Below are positions 1 to 8,406 of a stretch of 64,000 nucleotides of DNA, piece after piece; the first letter of the stretch is position 1; every line of letters begins with the position of its first letter. A program made the translations under genes and the position numbers. Source of the stretch: Candidatus Methanosuratincola verstraetei (lineage in GTDB: Archaea; Thermoproteota; Methanomethylicia; Methanomethylicales; Methanomethylicaceae); the NCBI GenBank assembly GCA_049570475.1, contig CP186953.1, positions 864,001 through 928,000 on the forward strand, given 5' to 3'. Under the pieces are notes generated by a model. The model saw only the letters and a list, made by a program, of their open reading frames with translations, was not told the origin of the DNA and ran no database searches.

Positions 1-1
1 G

Positions 2-706
2 CACCCGGGCGGCGCAGTTGGTCTCCAGCTGCTAGTCATTCTCGGGGTCGCCTCCTCCCTTGTCGGGGCATCATTCATGCTCGTCCAATCTGACATAAAG
101 AGGCTGATCGCTTACTCCACGATAACCAACCTCGGCTTCATAGCCATAGGCTTGGGCGTCGGCACATCTTTGGGGGTTTCCGCAGCCTACCTCCACATAG
201 TAAACCATGCGTTCGTGAAGGCCTCCCTCTTCATGATCGCCGGCGTCTTCATCCATGCCACTGGATCGAGGGAGATTGGGGCGCTTCGCGGAATATCAAA
301 AGCCCTGCCAGGTACGTCGCTTCTCTATACGATAGGGACGCTGGCTGCGATCGGCTTCCCGCCACTGAGCATGTTCTGGAGCAAACTCCTCCTGCTCCTT
401 TCGGTCCTGAGCGCCGGCGGCGCATATCAATACCTGGTGCTTCCCATGGTCGTTTCGATAGTCTTTGAGTCCATAGCTCAGATCCGACTGCTGGCGGTAA
501 TCTACTCCGGTGAAAAGAGGGAAGTCAACTGCCACCCGTCGCTTCCTGTGATCCTCTCGATCGGGATAATGATCAGCATAATAGTGGTTACAGGGCTGAT
601 GCCAGGCTTGCTCTTAGAATTCGGTCATCTTGCTGCCGATGACCTACTGAATGTGAGCGGTTATGTGGATCTGGTTCTGAAATCCTTCAACTATCCGGCT
701 CCCTGA
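2..706 (+). CDS. Proton-conducting membrane subunit (MrpD/NuoN/HyfB family; antiporter or membrane hydrogenase), 5'-partial
   Basis: Motifs QSDIKRLIAYSTI, HIVNHAFVKASLFM, GFPPLSMFWSK; frame open from window start. Confidence 0.85.
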   Translation, partial: HPGGAVGLQLLVILGVASSLVGASFMLVQSDIKRLIAYSTITNLGFIAIGLGVGTSLGVSAAYLHIVNHAFVKASLFMIAGVFIHATGSREIGALRGISKALPGTSLLYTIGTLAAIGFPPLSMFWSKLLLLLSVLSAGGAYQYLVLPMVVSIVFESIAQIRLLAVIYSGEKREVNCHPSLPVILSIGIMISIIVVTGLMPGLLLEFGHLAADDLLNVSGYVDLVLKSFNYPAP

Positions 707-2199
707 TCCCCCTTAATTAGGCGCATCCTGCGGCTCAGGCTCATCGTCCTTGGGTGGTTGGCCCAGACCTCATCTAGCCTTTTCACGGATGTGTTGTTGG
801 GGGACCGCTTTATGATCTCGGGTTTTGTATAAGCCGTCTTGGAGATCTCTTCAAGGGCCTCGATGTATCTGTCTATGTTTTCTTTCGTCTCGGTCTCGGT
901 GAACTCGAACATCAGCGCCTCCTCAACGATCTGGGGGAAATATACCGTAGGCGGATGAAGCCCCCAGTCAAGTAGAGCCTTTGATACGTCCATTGCCGTA
1001 ACGCCAGTATCTTCCTTCAATACCTTGGCGCTCAGCACAACCTCGTGCTTCCTAGTGCGCCCTTGAAACGGCAGCGTGAACCCCCTTATCTCAAGGACTC
1101 TCTTCAGAAAGTAGTTGGTGTTTAGGGTTGCGATCCCGCTTACCATCCTAGCCCCTTTAGAGCCTATCGAGAGCAAGTAAGCATACGCCTTGACCAGCGC
1201 TGGGAACGTCCCATAACCTCCCCTTACCATGCCTATGCTCCGGGGCCTCTCCCACTCAAACCTATATGACCCACCCTCTTCGACAACTAGTGGCACAGGC
1301 AGGTACTCTTCAAGATCCCCTTTCACGCCCACAGGTCCTGCCCCGGGCCCGCCTCCGCCATGCGGCGTCGAGAAGGTCTTGTGCAGGTTGAGATGCACAA
1401 TATCGAACCCCATGTCGCCAGGTCTTGCCCTCCCTAGTATCCCTTGGAGGTTTGCCCCGTCGTAGTACATCAAACCTCCCGCCTCATGCACGATCCTTGA
1501 GATCTCGATTACATCCTTCTCAAATATGCCGAGCGTATTCGGGTTAGTCATCATTAAACCAGCAGTCCTCCTGGAGATCGCCCCCTTCAGCGATTCCAAG
1601 TCAAGGCAGCCGTCGCTACCTGTCGTAACCTCAATCACTGTAAATCCTGCCATCGCTGCACTGGCTGGGTTCGTGCCATGCGCAGAGTCGGGTATTATGA
1701 TTTCGTTTTTATCTTCTCCGCGTTCTTTCATGCATTTCCTGATTATCAGACACCCTGTCAGCTCCCCGTGCGCCCCAGCTGCTGGCTGGAGTGTGAACCT
1801 GTCCATGCCTGTCAGCGCAACAAGCATCCTCTCGAGCTTATGCATTACCTCGAGCGCTCCTTGCAACTCCTCCTCTCTCTGCCTGGGGTGAATCATCTGC
1901 ACAGAATCTTCGGCGGCTATTTCCTCGTTGATGCGGGGGTTGTATTTCATTGTGCAAGATCCAAGCGGATAGGGGCCAAGATCCACCCCCCAATTCATCT
2001 GGGATAGCCTCGTGAAGTGCCTGACGACCTCGACCTCGGAAAGGCTAGGCAAATCCAAAGTTCTCCTGACGATCTTTTCAGGCAATTCGAATGATTCCCA
2101 ATCGAACCTGGGCAGGCTTGCGCCTCGCCTGCCTTCTTTCCCAAGCTCAAATACTAATGGCTCATCATACCTTGACTGGCGGTATGTCCTATTTCCCAT
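691..2199 (-). CDS. gcvPB: Glycine dehydrogenase (decarboxylating) subunit 2
   Basis: YPLGSCTMKYNP, QPAAGAHGE, HLNLHKTFSTPHGGGGPG (PLP lysine); ATG at 2199 overlaps gcvPA stop. Confidence 0.95.
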   Translation of the reverse strand: MGNRTYRQSRYDEPLVFELGKEGRRGASLPRFDWESFELPEKIVRRTLDLPSLSEVEVVRHFTRLSQMNWGVDLGPYPLGSCTMKYNPRINEEIAAEDSVQMIHPRQREEELQGALEVMHKLERMLVALTGMDRFTLQPAAGAHGELTGCLIIRKCMKERGEDKNEIIIPDSAHGTNPASAAMAGFTVIEVTTGSDGCLDLESLKGAISRRTAGLMMTNPNTLGIFEKDVIEISRIVHEAGGLMYYDGANLQGILGRARPGDMGFDIVHLNLHKTFSTPHGGGGPGAGPVGVKGDLEEYLPVPLVVEEGGSYRFEWERPRSIGMVRGGYGTFPALVKAYAYLLSIGSKGARMVSGIATLNTNYFLKRVLEIRGFTLPFQGRTRKHEVVLSAKVLKEDTGVTAMDVSKALLDWGLHPPTVYFPQIVEEALMFEFTETETKENIDRYIEALEEISKTAYTKPEIIKRSPNNTSVKRLDEVWANHPRTMSLSRRMRLIKGDQGAG

Positions 2200-3604
2200 T
2201 TGCCCCCTCCCCCATGGCCCTGGCAAGCCCGTCGATATCCTCCTTTGTGTGGACCTCCGTGACCGCAAAGAGCAGCGCACTCAGACCGAAATCTTGCCTT
2301 AAGTCCCTTCCTCCAGACAATCCTGACCCCGCCAATCTTGAATTGATCTTGCGGGGGTCTTCTGTGGCTATGGCAAAGTCCCTGAAGTGAATTCCAGAAA
2401 ACCGTGGCGCGAATCCAGCTTTCTTCAGAGCATGCAGTGCATAATCGGTCCTAGCAAAAATCCCCCTTGCCAGTTCCCTCAGCCCCTGCTTGCCAAGGAG
2501 CGAGAGATAGATCGCCGCAGCCGCCGCAAGCAATCCTTGGTTGGTGCAGATATTCGATGTAGCCTTCTCCCTCCTGATGTGTTGCTCTCTAGTCGAGAGC
2601 GCGAGCACAAATCCCCTCTCCCCCCCTTCGAACGCCCTTGTCATGCCCACAATCCTGCCTGGCATCTGCCTAATTAGCGAGCTCTCCAGCCTGCATGCCA
2701 TTATCCCTAGGCTGTTCCCACCAAAACCGGGCGCGCTCCCGAGCGGCTGCCCTTCGCCCACGGCTATATCTGCCCCATATTCGCCCGGAGGTTTGATCAT
2801 GCCCAGTGAAATCGGATCCGCCCCGACGATGGCAAGACAGCCTTTCCTATGTGCCGCCTCTGTAACCTCTTCTATGTCCTTGTCTATGGTTCCAAAGAAA
2901 GAGGGATTTTCTACATAAACCGAGGCCGCCGTCTCGTCAATCTTCCCAAACAGGTCGCTCCTCTCTAGCTTGCCGCTGCCATCATATGAAACCTTTACAA
3001 GATCAATACCATGGGGCTCTAGGTAGTTGCTGATTACCGAGATCCTCTCACGAGGGAGCGATGCTGGCACAAGTGCTTTCTTCCTCCTTGTGACCCGGCA
3101 CGAGAGGAGGATCGCTTCGCCTATTGCTGTAGGCAGATCATAAAGGGAAGAATTAGCCACATCCATTCCATAGAGTTCGCACACCAAGCTTTGATATTCG
3201 AAAAGCGTCTGGAGCATGCCTTGGCTTATCTCTGGTTGGTATGGCGTGTATGACGTGAGGAACTCGCCCCTCGAGATCAGGTGCTTTACAACGCTGGGGA
3301 CAATGTGGAACCAGGGTCCTCCGCCTATGAAGCACTTTCTGCCGTAAACGCGGTTCTTTGAGAGCTCCCCAACAACTCGTGACTTTACCGCCGCCTCATC
3401 AAGCGGCTCATCATTGAGCTCCACTCCGATTGCCGATGCCGGCAGATCTGAGAATAGCTCCTCAATGCTAGAAATCCCTGTGATCTGGAGCATCAGTCCA
3501 AGGTCCAAGGAGGCGTTTGGGATATACTGATGCCACTCCGTAGTGAAAACCCCTATCTTAATATTTGAGGATGTATGATAATTAATCTTACATTGCGAGG
3601 TCAT
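2189..3604 (-). CDS. gcvPA: Glycine dehydrogenase (decarboxylating) subunit 1; start uncertain
   Basis: EFLTSYTPYQPEISQGMLQ, TREQHIRREKATSNICTNQ. Confidence 0.95.
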   Translation of the reverse strand: MTSQCKINYHTSSNIKIGVFTTEWHQYIPNASLDLGLMLQITGISSIEELFSDLPASAIGVELNDEPLDEAAVKSRVVGELSKNRVYGRKCFIGGGPWFHIVPSVVKHLISRGEFLTSYTPYQPEISQGMLQTLFEYQSLVCELYGMDVANSSLYDLPTAIGEAILLSCRVTRRKKALVPASLPRERISVISNYLEPHGIDLVKVSYDGSGKLERSDLFGKIDETAASVYVENPSFFGTIDKDIEEVTEAAHRKGCLAIVGADPISLGMIKPPGEYGADIAVGEGQPLGSAPGFGGNSLGIMACRLESSLIRQMPGRIVGMTRAFEGGERGFVLALSTREQHIRREKATSNICTNQGLLAAAAAIYLSLLGKQGLRELARGIFARTDYALHALKKAGFAPRFSGIHFRDFAIATEDPRKINSRLAGSGLSGGRDLRQDFGLSALLFAVTEVHTKEDIDGLARAMGEGANGK

Positions 3605-3608
3605 CGAA

Positions 3609-4856
3609 TTGTCCAGAAGTGCCGCTCTGCCTATACTGCTGATCGTCTTGATCTTGTCTGGGATTAGCCAATGCGGTTCTGTGTTTGCGGTTGGATCGAA
3701 TGTAGATAGGACAATAATCGTTGAGCCATCATACCAGATATACGAAGATCACTTCAGCTTGGCAATGCCTTCCGACAACTTCACCGTATCCTTCACACTC
3801 CCCTATTACCAGTCGCTTTATTCAGCCCAGGCTTTCGGTCCCGACAACTCGACCCTGAACGTTTTGGTCTCCTGGGAGGCGACCAACGGGAGCCTTAGCC
3901 TCCTCATAGAGACAGGGGGCCTCTCCTCTTTCACACTGAAGACCATCTTCCACTACACAACTTTCATTTCGAACGGCTCTTACACAACCTACGTCAACCT
4001 GTACCCGACCGTTGAAGAGCCGGTCTCTGCTTCCACGCTTCTCCTTATACCTGCTGGTGCCCAGCTCTCGAGCTACCCTGAGAATCTTTCCCTTGCCTCG
4101 ATAGGTGGGAGGACTGCTTTGGTTGGGGGCTCCAATTTGGTTCCGCACGAGGCGCATAATTCCACGATTGTTTACAACGGCAGTTTTGAATTGATTGAGA
4201 TAAACGCTCTCGAAAGGATCCTCAGCGTATCATCAAACGGTTTAGCTGTTACCGAATCAGTTCAGCTGACAAATGTAAATCTTGATAGGATCAATAATGT
4301 CACAATCAAAATGCCGCCCGGCGCATCATCGCTGAAGGTGTATGACTCTATTGGCTACATGGATTACCTTTTAAACGGAGACCGCCTTAATATACAGCTC
4401 AGGTCAAGGCTGCTCCCAACAGAGAAGTCATCTTTCACTATATCTTACGAAGTGCCTTACAGCATCGCTTTCCAGAGCAATGGCGGAAAGGTCATCTTGA
4501 ACCAAACGCTTCTGCCTGAGTGGTGTAATTTCCTCGTCAGGAATTTCAACCTAGTTGTCAGCCTTCCCCAAGGATCTACACAGGTTGATTGCTTGGGGAT
4601 TGAAATGGTTAATGGGAGCAACGGGTTCGAGTTTAGGGCTTCAGCCTCAAACATAACTCCGTACTCCAACAGATCTTTTGTGATCTCTTTCACCCCTCCA
4701 CCGTATTCAATCCCCCCCTGGGTGCCATTGGTGTCCATCATTATCATTCTGGTCTTGGCTTCAGTCATAGTCGCCCTCAGGAGAAGATCAAAAGAGGCCA
4801 CCCCTCCAGAAACCCCTCCTACTCAGCAGCCAAAACCAAAGCGGACTAGGCAATGA
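3609..4856 (+). CDS. Type I membrane protein, ribophorin I (OST1/RPN1)-like
   Basis: Signal peptide, C-terminal TM, segments LERILSVSSNGLAVTESVQLTN / PPGASSLKVYDSIG / LRSRLLPTEKSSFTISY resembling the ribophorin I lumenal domain; many N-x-S/T sequons. Confidence 0.55.
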   Translation: MSRSAALPILLIVLILSGISQCGSVFAVGSNVDRTIIVEPSYQIYEDHFSLAMPSDNFTVSFTLPYYQSLYSAQAFGPDNSTLNVLVSWEATNGSLSLLIETGGLSSFTLKTIFHYTTFISNGSYTTYVNLYPTVEEPVSASTLLLIPAGAQLSSYPENLSLASIGGRTALVGGSNLVPHEAHNSTIVYNGSFELIEINALERILSVSSNGLAVTESVQLTNVNLDRINNVTIKMPPGASSLKVYDSIGYMDYLLNGDRLNIQLRSRLLPTEKSSFTISYEVPYSIAFQSNGGKVILNQTLLPEWCNFLVRNFNLVVSLPQGSTQVDCLGIEMVNGSNGFEFRASASNITPYSNRSFVISFTPPPYSIPPWVPLVSIIIILVLASVIVALRRRSKEATPPETPPTQQPKPKRTRQ

Positions 4857-5233
4857 ATTCAAATTTTTTACCAAAAATCTAACCAAAATCCGGCGCTTTT
4901 TGTAAAACCAGTTGCTGCCATCATAGGACCCTGTCGGCGTTCATCAAAATCAATTTTTTTGGCAGTCGAAACAACAAGATGCCCCAGAAATTATCCGATC
5001 ACTCGGTCTTTCAATAGCCACCGTCTGAAAACTTAAAATGTCGCAACAAAACCATCAAAATACAATACCGCATATTTAATTCATTGTTGGGGGCTCGGCT
5101 TTAAAATCATTGACTTTAAAAAACACATGTGATTAACAACGTCAGTACCAATAATTATGATTTTGTGGCATCTCCTATTCTTTCCGGATCAACAACCGAG
5201 AATGGTTGGCATTCAGCATTTCTGCCAGTCCAT

Positions 5234-6178
5234 TTACATTTGAAAGTTTGTTTTATACCAAGCCAGTGTCTCAGCTATCCCCTTCTCCAGTGGGTATGAC
5301 GGTTCAAAGCCAAGGTCTTTCCTGGCTTTGGAGATGTCTGCGTATGAGTCTTTGATGTCTCCTTTCCTGGGCTCCATGAATTCCGCTCTAAATTCAGAGC
5401 CCGCGGCTTCGGATATCGTCCTGGCAAGTTCCAGTACCGAAGTTCTTTTCCCTCCTGCAATGTTGTAGACCCCGGTGGCAGTCGACTCCGCGGCGATTAT
5501 GTTCGCCATTACCGCGTCCTTGACGAATATGAAATCCCGTGTCTGGCTCCCGTCTCCATGTATCGGAAACGGCCTGCCCTCCAGTGCGCAGACAATGAAC
5601 CTCGGCACAACCGCCGCATACTCTGAATTCGGGTCCTGCTTTGGTCCGTATACATTGAAGTACCTGAGGGAGACCGTCTTGAGCCCATAAAGCTCTGTGA
5701 ATATTCTACAATAGTGCTCGCCGACGAGCTTCGTTAGCGCATAGGGGGAGATTGGCCTGCATTCCATCTCCTCCCTTTTTGGGAGCTTCTTGGTGTCCCC
5801 ATAAACCGAAGATGATGAGGCAAAAACGACCTTTCTGACACTGCATTCGCGGGCGGCCACAAGGACATTCAGCGTCCCTTTAATGCCCACTTCGTTTACA
5901 CTTATGGGGTCTACTATGGATCTAGGCACGGATGGTATGGCTGCCAGGTGGAAGACAAAGTCAGTCCCCTCGAAAATCCCCCTCAAAACATCAAGGTCGG
6001 TCACGCTGCCCTTTACCAATTTGGCAGCCCCTGTCGATACCAGGTCCTTCAGGTTCTCGAGCTTGCCTGTCGAAAAGTCGTCTACGATGACAACTTCGTT
6101 GTCTATGCTCAGCGCCTCGGCTAGATTTGACCCTATGAACCCTGCGCCCCCAGTTACTACGGCCCTCTTGCCCCTCAT
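5234..6178 (-). CDS. NAD-dependent sugar epimerase/dehydratase (GalE/WbpP-like)
   Basis: TGGAGFIGS Rossmann motif, YALTK catalytic motif, LRYFNVYGP. Confidence 0.92.
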   Translation of the reverse strand: MRGKRAVVTGGAGFIGSNLAEALSIDNEVVIVDDFSTGKLENLKDLVSTGAAKLVKGSVTDLDVLRGIFEGTDFVFHLAAIPSVPRSIVDPISVNEVGIKGTLNVLVAARECSVRKVVFASSSSVYGDTKKLPKREEMECRPISPYALTKLVGEHYCRIFTELYGLKTVSLRYFNVYGPKQDPNSEYAAVVPRFIVCALEGRPFPIHGDGSQTRDFIFVKDAVMANIIAAESTATGVYNIAGGKRTSVLELARTISEAAGSEFRAEFMEPRKGDIKDSYADISKARKDLGFEPSYPLEKGIAETLAWYKTNFQM

Positions 6179-6200
6179 GAGAACACCCGAAGCCTGATTG

Positions 6201-6276
6201 TGGTAGCCCGGAGGAGATTCGAACTCCTGTCGGCGGGGCCAAAGCCCGCCATGCTTGACCGCTACACCACCGGGCT
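6201..6276 (-). tRNA. tRNA-Gln(TTG), CCA encoded
   Basis: Reverse complement AGCCCGGTGGTGTAGCGGTCAAGCATGGCGGGCTTTGGCCCCGCCGACAGGAGTTCGAATCTCCTCCGGGCTACCA folds as a cloverleaf; anticodon loop CT-TTG-GC. Confidence 0.95.
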
Positions 6277-6507
6277 GTTTGATTTGACCATGTTTTTACA
6301 TATTATTCTTTTGGTGCCTCAGGGCTTAAGCGGCGCCTCTCCATTTCCAATGGCATCTGATCCCTGCCGGTAAATTGCCGCCCGATTTCCTGATTCCCAC
6401 AGGGAGGTCACCAAACGAACGCATGGGCAGGTCAAAAACTCTTATTAGTGGGAGCCCTTCAGAGACATCAGAAACCAACCGCCAATACAAAATCAGGTTG
6501 ATCAAAA

Positions 6508-7203
6508 ATGTCGATTGGTCTCCATACCGAGGTTCTGTTCAACACTGCCCCTTTGCAGGAACTGGGCGTAGCTCTTGCAATGTTCGCTTACCTGATGTTC
6601 GTGGTCTACTCGACCAAGTGGGTCTATGGCATTCTCAGGTCAAGGAATGTGGAGCACAACATCTCTGTTTACTACAACAGGAAGATAATTCACATCTTCG
6701 GAGCAGGGGTCCTCACTTTGCTCTTCCCTGTCTTCTTCACCGGAATAGCGATACCGATGATCCTTGTGGCAATCATTGCGATAGTCATATACATCCCGCA
6801 CAGGAGAGGCAAGATCCTATACTGGTTCCAGATGAAGGAAAACGCCTACGAGGTCAACTTCACCATCGCCTGGGGCTTCGCAATAGGCTTCTCCTGGCTG
6901 ATCTTCGGGGACCCTGTATACGGCGTGATCACGGCGTCTTTCATGGCTTTCGGGGATGCGATCACCGGGGTCGTGAGAAATGCCCTTTTCAAGAGGCGCA
7001 CCAAGCACTGGCTAGGGAACGTGGCGATGCTTGCCGTCTGCATTCCGATCGGTTATTTTTATGCGGGAATAGCGGGGTTCATAGCGGCGGTTGTGGCTTC
7101 GGTAGTCGAGCATTTCGAATTCAACCCTATCGATGACAACGTCCTGATAACGATCGGCTCGCTGATTACGTTGATCATATTGAGAGAGTTCCTTGGGCTT
7201 TAG
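6508..7203 (+). CDS. Dolichol/phytol kinase-like membrane protein (CTP-dependent)
   Basis: YYNRKIIHI, AFGDAITG, KHWLG, IDDN motifs; multiple TMs. Confidence 0.75.
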   Translation: MSIGLHTEVLFNTAPLQELGVALAMFAYLMFVVYSTKWVYGILRSRNVEHNISVYYNRKIIHIFGAGVLTLLFPVFFTGIAIPMILVAIIAIVIYIPHRRGKILYWFQMKENAYEVNFTIAWGFAIGFSWLIFGDPVYGVITASFMAFGDAITGVVRNALFKRRTKHWLGNVAMLAVCIPIGYFYAGIAGFIAAVVASVVEHFEFNPIDDNVLITIGSLITLIILREFLGL

Positions 7204-7427
7204 GATTACAACGTAATTCTTGGACGGGTATCTGCGCCTCCGCGGTCCCTCCGCTTGTAGCGATCTTGGGAAAGAAGGCAGCTTCGATCGTTCTACTCAC
7301 ATTCTTCTTAGGCTCAATTCTGGTGGGTGCGGCTATCAACCTGCTTCTGCAAATGATCTAGCATGGGCAGGAAATGACCTAAAGTTTTATCTAAACGGGC
7401 AGGTTTATATTAAAAGGAGGAATTTTT

Positions 7428-7847
7428 GTGGCGAGCCAGAAACTTTTAGATATGCTGAACGAGGCTGCTTCCAGGGAGATACAGGTGTCGATCCAGTACA
7501 TTTGGCAGCACATAATGTGCCGTGGGATGTTCAGCGAGACCGTCTCTGAGATCTTGGAGAAGATCGCGATTGAGGAGATGAAGCACTATGAGGCGATCGC
7601 TGAGCGGATAGACTACTTGGGAGGTACCCCGACGACCAAGCCCTCTGAGATCAAGTATGGCAAGAACATAAAGGAAATGCTCGAGATCGATAAGAAGGAC
7701 GAGGAAAACGCGATCACGCTGTACCGAAAGATAATCGAGGCTGCCGAGGCGGAGAAGGACTTTGTGACAAAGAAGCTATTCGAGGACATCCTTAAGGCAG
7801 AGGAAGAGCACCACTACAAGTTCTCGACGCTCTTGGAAGCAGACTGA
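7428..7847 (+). CDS. Ferritin-like/bacterioferritin-family protein
   Basis: EEMKH, ERIDYLGG, EEEH di-iron motifs; GGAGG RBS and TTTATATT TATA box upstream. Confidence 0.88.
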   Translation: MASQKLLDMLNEAASREIQVSIQYIWQHIMCRGMFSETVSEILEKIAIEEMKHYEAIAERIDYLGGTPTTKPSEIKYGKNIKEMLEIDKKDEENAITLYRKIIEAAEAEKDFVTKKLFEDILKAEEEHHYKFSTLLEAD

Positions 7848-8065
7848 GCGATCTAAATTTTAAATATTTTTTTAAATTTTTATGCTTATAAAATCTAATT
7901 ATTTAAATAATCAATTAAAATTACTTTCTCCATTGCCCCCCATGATGCCTCCATCGGAGGGAAATCGGCTCTCATTGATGATCAATCAAGGGCCGATCAT
8001 CACCATAACTGTTTTTAATGGTAAATGCACCATGGAATACCAAGGAGTCGATGGAGGAAAATTAT

Positions 8066-8209
8066 TTGGCAAAATGTCCAAAATGTGGAACCGAGGTTGC
8101 AAAGCCCACCAAGACTTGGAAGCTCGCCCCTAAGGGTAAAAAGGCAATAACGATCGGCCTCTTCAAGTGCCCGAGCTGCGGCGCCTACTTCAGATCAGCA
8201 CAGAAGTAA
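8066..8209 (+). CDS. cren7: Chromatin protein Cren7, zinc-ribbon type
   Basis: [28 protein letters not shown] matches the Cren7 core (WxLAPKGRKGVKIGLFK..GKYFR); TTG start after GGAGG. Confidence 0.85.
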   Translation: MAKCPKCGTEVAKPTKTWKLAPKGKKAITIGLFKCPSCGAYFRSAQK

Positions 8210-8406
8210 ATACTCCACTTTTTTTATTTTTGACCCATAAATCTTGATTTTTAGCCTGTTGGCAGACAAAATTTGCCATTCCAGCCCCTTCTAGAGGGCT
8301 CCTTGAAACTTTGAAAAGTGCTTTCCTTGGAAAATTGCCCGTTTCTAATTTAGAATCGATCTAATAAAAGAAAGAGGGTATGTGAAATTGGGCTCGAAGT
8401 AAGCTG

